This document shows, piece by piece, positions 38,681 through 48,575 of a stretch of 64,000 bases of DNA (its first letter is position 1; each line of letters opens with the position of its first letter). The DNA comes from Verrucomicrobiota bacterium. Lineage in GTDB: Bacteria > Verrucomicrobiota > Verrucomicrobiia > Limisphaerales > CANJXF01. The stretch lies in the NCBI GenBank assembly GCA_038214755.1, contig JBBQRQ010000002.1, positions 32,001-96,000 of the forward strand, given 5' to 3'. A model generated the notes under the pieces. It was not told where the DNA came from, searched no databases, and worked only from the letters and a program-made list of their open reading frames with translations. Position numbers and translations under genes: made by a program.

Positions 38681-39598
38681 GTGCAAAACGCATCCAATCG
38701 AAGTCTGGCCGATCAATTTGATCCGCGCGCGCTCGCTGCGCTGGAAGGATTGGATTTCAAAGCTCGTTATGTGATGGAAGGTTTTTTGAGCGGCTTGCAC
38801 GAAAGTCCCTTTCACGGTTACAGCGTCGAGTTCAGCGATTATCGAAATTATCAACCGGGTGATGATCTGCGCCATTTGGATTGGAAACTTTATGCGCGCA
38901 CTGACCGCCTTTGCATCAAGCGCTACCTGCTGGAAACCAACGTGCAATTTTACGTCGTTTGCGACACGAGCGCGTCGATGGGCTATCGCGGTTCGCGCGC
39001 GTGGGAAACAAAACTTGGTTGCGCGCGGATAATTTCTGCGGCGATGACCTGGTTTCTGCTGAACCAAAACGACGCGGCGGGATTGATTGCGTTCGACGAA
39101 AAAAACGAAACGCGTTTTGTCCGTCCCTCTTCGCGTTCCACCCAATTTGGTTTGATGCTCCGCGAGATGGAAAAATTGCAACCCGCTGGCGGCGCGAGTC
39201 TCGTGAATTTGCTCACCCAAACCGCGCGTCTGGTGCATCGGCGCAGCGTGATTTTGTTTTTTTCCGATTTGCTGGAGCCGAGCGCGGAAGTCGAACTTTA
39301 TTTCAAACAGCTTCGTTTTCACGGCCATGAGTGTCTTGTGTTTCAAGTGCTCGATCCTGATGAAATTGATTTTCCGTTCACTGAATCGCATTTGTTCGAG
39401 GACATGGAGACCGGCGCGCGCCGACAGGTTTCGCCGGCGAACGCGCGGGGAAAATATCTGGAACGGTTCAACGGTTTCATGGACGACCACCGCAAATTTT
39501 TTCAAAGTTTGGAGATTCCTTTTTGCGTCATCCGCAACGACGAAAATCCGTGGCGCGCTTTAGCCCTGTTTCTTTCGGAACGAAAAAGGCTGAAATGA
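38681..39598 (+). CDS. DUF58 family protein
   Basis: 'G.H.S...GYSVEFSDYRNYQPGDDLRHLDWK', 'DTSASM', 'FSDL'. Confidence 0.93.
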   Translation: MQNASNRSLADQFDPRALAALEGLDFKARYVMEGFLSGLHESPFHGYSVEFSDYRNYQPGDDLRHLDWKLYARTDRLCIKRYLLETNVQFYVVCDTSASMGYRGSRAWETKLGCARIISAAMTWFLLNQNDAAGLIAFDEKNETRFVRPSSRSTQFGLMLREMEKLQPAGGASLVNLLTQTARLVHRRSVILFFSDLLEPSAEVELYFKQLRFHGHECLVFQVLDPDEIDFPFTESHLFEDMETGARRQVSPANARGKYLERFNGFMDDHRKFFQSLEIPFCVIRNDENPWRALALFLSERKRLK

Positions 39599-41631
39599 AT
39601 TTCTCATTTCTCAATCCGCTGTTCTGGATTGGCGCACTGGCGCTGGGCGCGCCGATCTATCTGCATCTCCGACGCAAGCAGCCCCAAAATCTTTTACCAT
39701 TTTCCACACTCCGTTTTCTCGACGACCAACCGCAGCCGAAACAAAGTCCGCGCCATCTTCGCGATTTGTTTTTGCTGGCCTTGCGCGCGCTCGCCTTGCT
39801 GCTCTTGATTGGCGCTTTTGCGTGGCCGTTTATTCGTGAGGCGACCACCGTCGTCGTGAAAGAAAGTCGCGTTTACATTCTGGATAATTCTCTCAGCCAT
39901 CAGGTTGATGATGGATTTCAAAAGGATCGAGAGCGTTTGTTGAAAGAGTTCGGCCAAGCGGGCAAGGAAACGCAAATCGCTGTCGTCGAACTTACAGCCA
40001 ATCCGCGCGCCATCGTCAGTTTCGGCGACGACCACGCCGCTGCCGCGCAAAAAATTCAGCAGCTTCAACCCTCATTTCAACGCGGCTCTTACCTTGCGGC
40101 CTTTCGGCAAGCGAACACCTTGTTGGCAAACTCACTCGGCGAGAAAAAGAAAATTATTTTGCTCGGTGACAATCAGGAAAATCAGTGGGCGGACAATTTG
40201 AACACGCCGGCATTTCTTGAGGACGTTGAAGTCGAAATTCCTAAGACCAAATCAACGGCGCGTTCAAACGTCTCCGTGTCGGATGCGCGCGCCGAACGGA
40301 TTTTTCTCGGCGATAAATCGCTCGTGCATTTTACCGCGCAAATCATTCACAAGGGAAAATTTGCTTCGGCGAAAATGTTTTTACGCGTCAACGGACAGGA
40401 ATTGCTCGCGCGCGAGATCGATTTTACTGACAAAGGGGAGAACATTGTTTTTCAAACGGAATGGGAAGCTGAACCGTCGTTGCAATTGAGCGGCGAATTG
40501 AGCGTGCAAGCGGAGGGCGATTCTCTTGCTGGCGACAACAACGTCTTCTTTTCGCTCGCGCCGGTGCAGGAGGGAAAAGTCGCCATGCTGGCGCAATCTT
40601 CTTTTTTGAAACTCGCTTTGTCGCCGGAAATCATGCGTGGCCATTGGGCGGCGCGGTTTATCGAGCCAACGAAAGTTTCCAGCGAACTCGACGCGAACAA
40701 CGACGCCGAAGTGCTCTGCATCGAAGCGAGCTATCTGCAATCCAGCGATGCGCGAAAATTGCTCTGGCGTTATCTCAGCAATGGCCGTGGCGTTTTTCTG
40801 ATGGTCAATCGCGTCAATCCTTCCACGAAAGGTTTTCTCAAGGAATTGGGTTTTGAAATTTTGTCGCCGGATCCGGCCAAAGCGGGCGCGGCGACTTTCC
40901 AATATATTTTTGCAAACCACCCCGTGTTCCACCCCTTCACTTCGCCGGACTACGGAAATCTTCTGGAAATAAAAGTCATCGATCCGGTTCGCCTGCGCAG
41001 CAAACAGGCCGTGCCGCTGGTCTATTCTGACAAAGGCGAGCCGGTGTTTTTTCAAAATCTAAAACAGCCGGGGAAAATGTTTGTGTCCGCGTTCGGTTTT
41101 GAGCGCGCGCAAACTTCCTGGCCGGTGCATTCAACCTTCATTCCGTTTCTCGATCTCTGTTTGCAAAATGCGCGGCCCGCCGACACCACGCCCACGAGTT
41201 TTGAACCGGGCGATGCTTTCGCGCAAAGTTTTCCTACCAATTCCACAGTCAAGACGCTGTTGTTGCTGAAGGATCAAAAAGAACTGGACCGCGCGCCGGT
41301 GAGGAATGGAAAAGCGCAACTGCGTTTGCCGGATCAGCCGGGACTTTACCGTCTGGTTTGTGAAGGTGGAGTAGAACCGGAAAAAATCATTTCCATCAAT
41401 CCGTCGCCCAAGGAATCGCAATTGATTTACGCCGCCGCGCCTCCCGCATTACAGGCGTGGCAGCTTCCGGCCAGCGCTAAATCGTCTCCCGCAGTGCAGA
41501 CAAAAACCATGGGCGCGGCCAGTTTTGCCAGCATCCGGCAACAGCGCCTCTGGTGGTGGCTTCTGCTCATCGCGCTTGCGGGATTGTTTTGTGAAACGAC
41601 TTGGACAAATATTAAACGGAGGATCGCATGA
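39595..41631 (+). CDS. BatA N-terminal / vWA domain membrane protein
   Basis: 'FLNPLF..GAL...PIYLHL', 'FSTLRFL', 'LLALR', 'ILDNSLS'. Confidence 0.85.
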   Translation: MNFSFLNPLFWIGALALGAPIYLHLRRKQPQNLLPFSTLRFLDDQPQPKQSPRHLRDLFLLALRALALLLLIGAFAWPFIREATTVVVKESRVYILDNSLSHQVDDGFQKDRERLLKEFGQAGKETQIAVVELTANPRAIVSFGDDHAAAAQKIQQLQPSFQRGSYLAAFRQANTLLANSLGEKKKIILLGDNQENQWADNLNTPAFLEDVEVEIPKTKSTARSNVSVSDARAERIFLGDKSLVHFTAQIIHKGKFASAKMFLRVNGQELLAREIDFTDKGENIVFQTEWEAEPSLQLSGELSVQAEGDSLAGDNNVFFSLAPVQEGKVAMLAQSSFLKLALSPEIMRGHWAARFIEPTKVSSELDANNDAEVLCIEASYLQSSDARKLLWRYLSNGRGVFLMVNRVNPSTKGFLKELGFEILSPDPAKAGAATFQYIFANHPVFHPFTSPDYGNLLEIKVIDPVRLRSKQAVPLVYSDKGEPVFFQNLKQPGKMFVSAFGFERAQTSWPVHSTFIPFLDLCLQNARPADTTPTSFEPGDAFAQSFPTNSTVKTLLLLKDQKELDRAPVRNGKAQLRLPDQPGLYRLVCEGGVEPEKIISINPSPKESQLIYAAAPPALQAWQLPASAKSSPAVQTKTMGAASFASIRQQRLWWWLLLIALAGLFCETTWTNIKRRIA

Positions 41632-44195
41632 GCGCGCCAAAATCCAAAATCATCGAGGCGAATCTGGGCAGGGCGGGCGCAAAATGGAAATGGCTGCGCT
41701 TTTTCCAACAGCTCGGAACGTTGGGTAGCGTGCTCACTTTGCTCGTGTTCCTGCTCGGCCTCGCGATGCAACGAGGCTGGATCGCTTCGCGTGCTTCGGC
41801 CATCGGGGTCGTCGTCTTGATTGTTCTCGGGGGCGGGACCGCTTTTCTGTTCATCATCGCGTTGGTCGCGAGCAAATTTCTGGCGCGCCCGTGGCTGGCG
41901 GAAAAAATTGAGCAAGGCGAACCCACCTTGCTTGATCGTCTGAACACGCTCGTTTTTTTGGAAAAACTTCCTGATAATTTCGATTCGCCATTGCAGTGGT
42001 TTCAGAAACGCATCTCCAATCAAGCGGCAGCCGTGCTTTCCGAAAAAACGCCGCGAATTCCTTTTCCCGCTCGCGCTGCGCTCATTCATAACGCCGTTTT
42101 TGTCGCCGTGCTCGTCGGCACAATTTATTTTTTCCATCGCTTTGCACCTTGGGAACAATTGCGCTCCAATGTCGAAACGAGGAACGCGTCGAGCGAACGC
42201 GATCCCGGCAATCTCGCATTGCCCGATGCCAATGCCGTCGAAGCAAAAAAAGAGTGGGGCGAAGTGCGCATCACTGATCCCGCGCAAGATTTGAAAGTGA
42301 CGAAAGTGGATGCCGTGCAATTGCAAATCGAAGCAGCGGCCAGCCGGCAATTGACCAGCAATTTTTGGTTCAGCACGGTGAATGGTCTCGCCGAAGTGTC
42401 GCACGTTTTGCCCGCATCCCCCGACCCGAAATACGCCGTGTATCAGCCGGTGATTTATGTGGATGAATTTCATTTGAGCGACTGGGACGTGATGACTTAT
42501 TACGCGCAAGCCCGCACTGGCAGCGATCAAACTTATGGCTCGGAAGTTTACTTTCTCGAAGTACGCCCATTTCGCGAAGACATTTTGAAAATGCCCGGTG
42601 GCGAAAGCGGTTCGGCGTATCAATGTTTGAACCAACTCACGCAACTCATCAATCGCCAGCAACATGTCGTGCGGCAGACGCACCACTTTTTGCAAACGCC
42701 TCCCGACGCGGAAAAAATGCAGGAACAGGACCGCGAAAAACTGGCCGAGGCGGAAAAAGATTTAAGTGAAGCGACGCAGCACCTTTACGCCGAGATGACT
42801 GTAAAAATGGAAAACAAACCGATTGGCGAAGTGCTGGATCAATTGGCCCTCGCGGAAAAAACTTTGATCAAAGCCTCTGGGTCGTTGCGGCAAAATCAAA
42901 TGCCCGTGGCGAAAAATGAGGAGCGCGAGGCCTTGAAGCAATTGATCGAGACGCGGAAAATTTTTCAGAAAACGGTTTCGGATCATCCCGACGCGTTCGA
43001 CGATAAAAAAGAAAATTCTGATGATGACGCCAGCCCGATTGCCGATGATGCAAAAGACAAGTTGAAAGAAATGGCGGAGTTCCGCAACGAAGAGAAAGCG
43101 ACGAAGGAATTCGTCAAACAAACTTTGGAAAAACAACAAGCGCTGGCGGCGAAAGCCCGCAAGGCGCGTGCGACGAATTACACTGCGCTTGCCCAACAGC
43201 AACGCGATTTGAAAACGGAACTCGAACAATTCCAAGCGCAGCATCCGCAGGTTTTCAAGCAGGTAACGAATGAATCAGCGCAAGCCACCAGCGCCATGGA
43301 AAAAGCCGCAGCTGATTTGGAAAAGAAAGTGCCTTCCGCGAAAAAGCAACCGCAAGTTGCTTCAGAAAAACTGGAGGAATTGAGCAAGGCTCTTGATGAG
43401 GAAATGTCCAATCAGCAATTAAGCAGCGCTTACAAGTTGAAAAAACTTTTAGACCAGCAGATTGGAAAACTGGAAAAGGCGGCGGAGCAACCGGACTTGC
43501 GGGAATTGAAAAAAACTGCGCAACAAGCGAAGGAGACAACGGATCAATTGAAGCAAACCGCCGAACAAAAACCGACGAGCGATTTGTTTGGCCCTGAATT
43601 GGCGAAGTCTTTGAACAAGGAAAATAAAAACACGCTCGATAAAAAATTGGATGATCTCGCGCACGCCAGTTCGCCGGAAAATCAGCAGGCTCTGGCGGTC
43701 AAGGCCAAGGAAAGTTTGCAGCAAGTCAGCAAAGCTTTTGAACAAAGCCAGCCGCAGGCGATGCAGCAGGCCAAGAAAAATGATGCGCTCAAAGAAGGCG
43801 ATCAAAACACTTTTGAAAAAGGGATGGCGCAATTGCAAGGACTTTTGAATCGCCTGCAAAATAACAAGCCGCTTTCGCCGGAGGATTTAAAAAAATTGCA
43901 GCAGGAAACGAGTTTTAATTTGCAAGACGGGTTGAATTCTCTTTATGGCTCGAAGGAAAATTCCAAAAAAATGTTGCTGATGATCGAGCAGGAATTGAAG
44001 GAGAAAGGACATCCCCTCGATATCGAAGGCGTAAAAAAATTGATGGCCGAGCTGGAACATTTTTCCGCCGAAGTCAAAGACCCTTCCAAAAAATCCGACG
44101 ATCCAGTGGTGACGAATATTGACCCGACCCGTTTACCGCCAGCTTATCGCGGTCGCGTGGAAAAATATTTTCGCAAATTGTCCGAAGCCAAATAG
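41628..44195 (+). CDS. DUF4175-like membrane-anchored coiled-coil protein
   Basis: N-terminal TM helices, long Q/E/K-rich coiled coil, terminal 'PPAYRGRVEKYFRKLS'. Confidence 0.75.
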   Translation: MSAPKSKIIEANLGRAGAKWKWLRFFQQLGTLGSVLTLLVFLLGLAMQRGWIASRASAIGVVVLIVLGGGTAFLFIIALVASKFLARPWLAEKIEQGEPTLLDRLNTLVFLEKLPDNFDSPLQWFQKRISNQAAAVLSEKTPRIPFPARAALIHNAVFVAVLVGTIYFFHRFAPWEQLRSNVETRNASSERDPGNLALPDANAVEAKKEWGEVRITDPAQDLKVTKVDAVQLQIEAAASRQLTSNFWFSTVNGLAEVSHVLPASPDPKYAVYQPVIYVDEFHLSDWDVMTYYAQARTGSDQTYGSEVYFLEVRPFREDILKMPGGESGSAYQCLNQLTQLINRQQHVVRQTHHFLQTPPDAEKMQEQDREKLAEAEKDLSEATQHLYAEMTVKMENKPIGEVLDQLALAEKTLIKASGSLRQNQMPVAKNEEREALKQLIETRKIFQKTVSDHPDAFDDKKENSDDDASPIADDAKDKLKEMAEFRNEEKATKEFVKQTLEKQQALAAKARKARATNYTALAQQQRDLKTELEQFQAQHPQVFKQVTNESAQATSAMEKAAADLEKKVPSAKKQPQVASEKLEELSKALDEEMSNQQLSSAYKLKKLLDQQIGKLEKAAEQPDLRELKKTAQQAKETTDQLKQTAEQKPTSDLFGPELAKSLNKENKNTLDKKLDDLAHASSPENQQALAVKAKESLQQVSKAFEQSQPQAMQQAKKNDALKEGDQNTFEKGMAQLQGLLNRLQNNKPLSPEDLKKLQQETSFNLQDGLNSLYGSKENSKKMLLMIEQELKEKGHPLDIEGVKKLMAELEHFSAEVKDPSKKSDDPVVTNIDPTRLPPAYRGRVEKYFRKLSEAK

Positions 44196-46424
44196 GTGAT
44201 GCGCTCGATCATTTTTGATTTTCCCTTGGCGCTGCCGATTGGTTTGGCTTTGACGCTCGGCTTGCTGGGATGGTCGATTCGGAGTTTTCGGAAACACGGG
44301 TTGTCGAAATCACGCATCGCATTGTTAACGACGTTGCGTGGCGCGACTTTGCTTCTCCTGGTTTTTCTCGGGGCGCGTCCGGTGTGGGTCGAGAAACAGC
44401 GCGAGCAAAAGGAGAGAAGAAATATTCTGTTGCTCATGGACAAAAGCGAAAGCATGTCGCTTCAGGAAAATGAGCAAACGCGTTACGCACGCGCCATCGC
44501 CTTTACTCGCGAACATCTTTTGCCGGGCTTCGAAGAAGCAAAATTGAAAGTGCAGCCGTTTCTTTTTGCTGAAGATGCCGAGCCGGTCGATGGGCCGAAA
44601 CTGGTCGCGGCAAAAGCTGACGGCAAACGATCCAATCTCGGACGTGCCATCGCTCGCGCGTTGGAAAGTTCGCCCAACGCGCTGGCGGTGATCGCGTTGA
44701 CCGATGGCGCGGCGAACGAAAAATCCGACAACATGCGCGCGCTTTCCGCCTTGCTCGATTCCCATGTGCCGTTCATCGGCATTGGCTTCGGCAGTGACAC
44801 AGGAGTAAAAATGTTGTCGTTGCAACAAGTTGAAGCGCCGCCGATTGCCGCGCCGAACACGCGCTTTGAAATAACCGCGCACCTGGAAACAATGAACGTG
44901 AATGATCTGCCCGCGTTCGATCTGGTTTTGTTGCGCGACGGACATTTTCTGCAAAAGAAAACGGTGGTGGCCAGCAGCGGTTCGCGATTCTGGCTGGAAA
45001 GTTTTCGGGTCGAAGAAAAATCTGAAGGCGCGCACAACTACGAAATTCAACTTGCGCCGCCCAATCTTCCGGGACTCGCCAGAGCAGGGACGACGGGCAG
45101 CGTGGCGGTGCGCATCGCGTCCGAGCGCGAGTTGCGGGTGTTGTATGTGCAAGGCGCGTTGACGTGGGATTACAAGTTTATCGCCATGGCGTTGCACGGT
45201 GACCCGACGATCAAACTCACTGGCCTGACGCGCACTTCGAGCAAATCAGTTTTTCGCCAGAACGTGGAGAACGCAGGCGAATTGCTGGAGGGTTTTCCAA
45301 AAACGATTGAAGGCATCGCGCCTTTTCGCGTGATTGTGCTTTCCAATTTGCGGCCAGTGGATCTTTCGACTGAGCAACAGGAGTTGCTGGCAAAATTTTC
45401 CGGCGAACTGGGCGGTGGCGTGCTGATGATCGGCGGCCCGGAAACTTTTGATTCATCGTGGCGCGACAGCCGGTTGGAAAAATTGTTGCCGGTTATTTTT
45501 TCTGAAAACGGCGGCGTGCAAGGTCTGGATCGCCCTTTTCAACTCGAACTGACAGACGAAGCTTTGCAACATCCGGTTTTTCAAATCAGCGACGGCGGCG
45601 CGTTGCGGCGCACGTGGAACGCTTTGCCGAAATTCCACCAATACGGCCGCGTTGATTCTGCGAAGCCGGGCGCGCAAGTCTGGGCGTTGCATCAAACGGA
45701 TGAAGGCCCGAAAGGCCGGCGCATTTTGATGGCGTCGCAACATTATGGTTCTGGATTGAGCGCGATTTTGACGGTGCAAAATTTTTGGTTGTGGCGTCTG
45801 GCGAAGGATTCCGAGCCGCAGGAGTTCGACCGTTTTTGGCGGCAACTGTTTCGTTTTCTCGCGGAATCGAGCCGGCAGGATGTCGCGATTCATATCGCCG
45901 ATCAGGAACTTCGGCCTGATGTGGATATTCGATTGGTTCTAGAAAAAGAGCCGAGTCCAAAAGATGTCACCACTTCGAAGGCAAAATTTACGGCGCGGGT
46001 GGAAGATGCGCAGAAAAAAATTCTCGCTGAACAAACTTTGGAATTGCCCACGGGGCGTCCGGTTGATTTTTCATTTCATCCAAAGAACGCAGGACTTTAC
46101 ACCGTCTCGATTTTGAATGAGTTGAAACAGCCGGTTGCGACGCGTTCGATTGAAATTCGCGAGTTGAATGTGGAGTTGCAAAATTCGGCGCGGAACATGG
46201 AGAACCTGCAACAATGGGCTTCACTCAGCGATGGACTGGCTTTGCGCGCGGAAGATTGTCGCGACGGCGCAGAACTTCTGGCGCAATTGAAACCGAAGCT
46301 GGAACAGGCACGGCAGTCGCCCAAAGTGCGCGCGCCGATTGGCGTCAACGGCTGGACGTTTGCCTTTTTGCTGGGCTGCTTGAGTTTGGAATGGGGTTTG
46401 CGCAAACGATTTGGCATGGCCTGA
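44196..46424 (+). CDS. vWA plus glutamine-amidotransferase-like membrane protein
   Basis: 'DKSESM' MIDAS, 'TDG', 'GGGVLMIGGPETF', terminal 'LEWGLRKR'. Confidence 0.82.
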   Translation: MMRSIIFDFPLALPIGLALTLGLLGWSIRSFRKHGLSKSRIALLTTLRGATLLLLVFLGARPVWVEKQREQKERRNILLLMDKSESMSLQENEQTRYARAIAFTREHLLPGFEEAKLKVQPFLFAEDAEPVDGPKLVAAKADGKRSNLGRAIARALESSPNALAVIALTDGAANEKSDNMRALSALLDSHVPFIGIGFGSDTGVKMLSLQQVEAPPIAAPNTRFEITAHLETMNVNDLPAFDLVLLRDGHFLQKKTVVASSGSRFWLESFRVEEKSEGAHNYEIQLAPPNLPGLARAGTTGSVAVRIASERELRVLYVQGALTWDYKFIAMALHGDPTIKLTGLTRTSSKSVFRQNVENAGELLEGFPKTIEGIAPFRVIVLSNLRPVDLSTEQQELLAKFSGELGGGVLMIGGPETFDSSWRDSRLEKLLPVIFSENGGVQGLDRPFQLELTDEALQHPVFQISDGGALRRTWNALPKFHQYGRVDSAKPGAQVWALHQTDEGPKGRRILMASQHYGSGLSAILTVQNFWLWRLAKDSEPQEFDRFWRQLFRFLAESSRQDVAIHIADQELRPDVDIRLVLEKEPSPKDVTTSKAKFTARVEDAQKKILAEQTLELPTGRPVDFSFHPKNAGLYTVSILNELKQPVATRSIEIRELNVELQNSARNMENLQQWASLSDGLALRAEDCRDGAELLAQLKPKLEQARQSPKVRAPIGVNGWTFAFLLGCLSLEWGLRKRFGMA

Positions 46425-46433
46425 AAATTTTTA

Positions 46434-47123
46434 ATGAAGAATTCGCTTATGAAAAAATTAAAAATCCTGCTCGCGATTATGTGCTGCGGCTTCCTGGCGC
46501 GCGCGGAAAATCCGCCCAAGCGTGAGGACAGGCTCGCCACATTTTTTATGGGCCGCGTCAAATATGCGAGCAACGACGGGCGCGATTGTGGCGGGGTGGG
46601 AGAAGATTTAATGAAGCTCGTTTCACGCGCCTCGACGATTAAGATTCAGGAAGAACGGCAGGTAAAATTGGCCGAGGCGCTTCTTTTTGAAACGCCGTTT
46701 GTGTTTATGAATGGCCACGACGATTTCGTTTTGACTGAAGCCGAGTTGCAAAATCTGCGTAAATATTTGAGCCACGGCGGATTTATTTTTGGCTCCGGTT
46801 GTTGCACGAATCCTAATTTCCCAAAAGCGTGGCGGCGCGAATTCAGTCGTGTTTTTGCAGGGGAGTCGGTCAAAGCGTTGAGCTATGACCATTTGATTTA
46901 CCGTTCGTTCTACAAAGTTGATCGCGTGAAATGCCTCGATAAACCGCGCAACATCCAGCTTGAAGGTTTATTTTACCAGGGAAATCTCGTCGCGGTGATG
47001 TGCGAAGATGGCCTCTGCTGTTCCTTCAGCGCGAACAACACTTGCAACGACGGTAAAGGAATAAGCCCGAACGATGGACAGAAACTCGCGTTGAACATCG
47101 CGGTGTTCGCGCTGACGCATTAA
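46434..47123 (+). CDS. DUF4159 domain protein
   Basis: 'PFVFMNGH', 'NLRKYLSHGGFI', 'DHLIYRSFY', 'LNIAVFALTH'. Confidence 0.85.
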   Translation: MKNSLMKKLKILLAIMCCGFLARAENPPKREDRLATFFMGRVKYASNDGRDCGGVGEDLMKLVSRASTIKIQEERQVKLAEALLFETPFVFMNGHDDFVLTEAELQNLRKYLSHGGFIFGSGCCTNPNFPKAWRREFSRVFAGESVKALSYDHLIYRSFYKVDRVKCLDKPRNIQLEGLFYQGNLVAVMCEDGLCCSFSANNTCNDGKGISPNDGQKLALNIAVFALTH

Positions 47124-47146
47124 TCAGGTTGGCGAATGGTTCAAAT

Positions 47147-48541
47147 TCAGTCTTCAGCGCGCTCGCCATGCGGCGCCATCTTCACGAGCTTCGGATCGAA
47201 TTGGCCGATCGTTTCCACCAAGTCGGATTGCGCAGCCATGACCGTATGAATGTCTTTGTAAACCATCGGCGCTTCGTCAAGGCCAGCGGAAATGAGCGTC
47301 ACTCCGCGTTCGCGCAGAAATTGATTCACTGCTTTCCAATTGAAAGTTTGCGACGCGCGAGTGCGGCTCATGACACGTCCCGCTCCATGCGAAGCAGAAT
47401 GCAAAGATTCAGCATTCCCTTTTCCACGAACAACAAATCCGGGGGTCGCCATTGAGCCAGGGATTATTCCCAACACACCCGTGCCCGCTGGCGTGGCACC
47501 TTTGCGATGCACCACGACCTCACGCTCTACGCCCTCGATAACGTGCTTTTCTTTCCAGGCAAAGTTGTGGTGGTTTTCCAGATCGAGCAAGACCTGCGCG
47601 CCGAGATTTTCCGCGATGTGTTTATGAATGCAGGCGTGATTCGCGGCGGCGTATTGTCCCATCAATTCCATCGCGTTCCAATACTCCTGCCCTTCCTGCG
47701 AATCGAGCGACAACCACGCGAGCCGCTTCAATTCGCTCGGCAAATCGGGAAACTGGCTGAACGCGATCTTGCTGTAGTAATCGCAGACCGACGCGCCTGT
47801 GCCGCGACTCCCGCTGTGTGACAGCAACGCCACATAAGTGCCCGGTTCCAATTCGTTGATTTTCGAGTGCGCCGTGAATAGACCAAACTCGACAAAATGA
47901 TTGCCGCTGCCGCTCGTGCCGAGTTGCGACCACGCGCGGTCTTTGTTTTGTTTCGTAATTGGACTGACCGACCAGTCCGCGTCGAGCACGCCGTGGTGGC
48001 GACGCTCCTTGAAATTCGCGCCGATGCCGAAGCGCGTCTCCGCTTCGATGGCGCGCGTGAGCCGGTCCTGCTTGCGTTCCAGATCGCGCAACGGCAGATC
48101 GAGCACCGTCATCTTCATGCGGCACGCGATGTCCACACCAACGGCGTAAGGAATCACCGCGTTCTCGGTGGCCAGCACGCCGCCGATGGGCAGGCCGTAG
48201 CCCACATGCGCGTCCGGCATGAGCGCGCCCGCCACCGAGATCGGCAACAGACACGCCTTTTCCATCTGCATCACCGCCTCATGTTCCAAACCTTCGCCCC
48301 ATTGCCGATACTTCACCGGCTCGGCGCGCGGCGGCGGTGGCGCATGGAGCAACGCCTTCGCAAGCTCGCCGCGCAATGCGTCATCCACGAACGCCGCCGG
48401 ATTGGCGACAATGGCCGCGACATCTTCGTGCAACCGCGACTTGTCGCCGCCGCCGAGGATAAACTTGCAAACAAAATCCGTCGCGCGCCGGGTGGCCTCG
48501 CCGAGCGGAACTCCCGTTCGTAAAAAATCTTTCGCATTCAT
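47147..48541 (-). CDS. rtcB: RtcB family RNA ligase
   Basis: 'MPDAHVGYGLPIGG', 'VGVDIAC', 'GTSGSGNHFVE', 'HSGSRG', 'HHN', 'HRKGAT', 'PGSM', 'HGAGR', 'DEAP..YK'. Confidence 0.96.
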   Translation of the reverse strand: MNAKDFLRTGVPLGEATRRATDFVCKFILGGGDKSRLHEDVAAIVANPAAFVDDALRGELAKALLHAPPPPRAEPVKYRQWGEGLEHEAVMQMEKACLLPISVAGALMPDAHVGYGLPIGGVLATENAVIPYAVGVDIACRMKMTVLDLPLRDLERKQDRLTRAIEAETRFGIGANFKERRHHGVLDADWSVSPITKQNKDRAWSQLGTSGSGNHFVEFGLFTAHSKINELEPGTYVALLSHSGSRGTGASVCDYYSKIAFSQFPDLPSELKRLAWLSLDSQEGQEYWNAMELMGQYAAANHACIHKHIAENLGAQVLLDLENHHNFAWKEKHVIEGVEREVVVHRKGATPAGTGVLGIIPGSMATPGFVVRGKGNAESLHSASHGAGRVMSRTRASQTFNWKAVNQFLRERGVTLISAGLDEAPMVYKDIHTVMAAQSDLVETIGQFDPKLVKMAPHGERAED

Positions 48542-48575
48542 AACAAAATTGCTTCTCCCGGTTTGAGGCGGAAAC

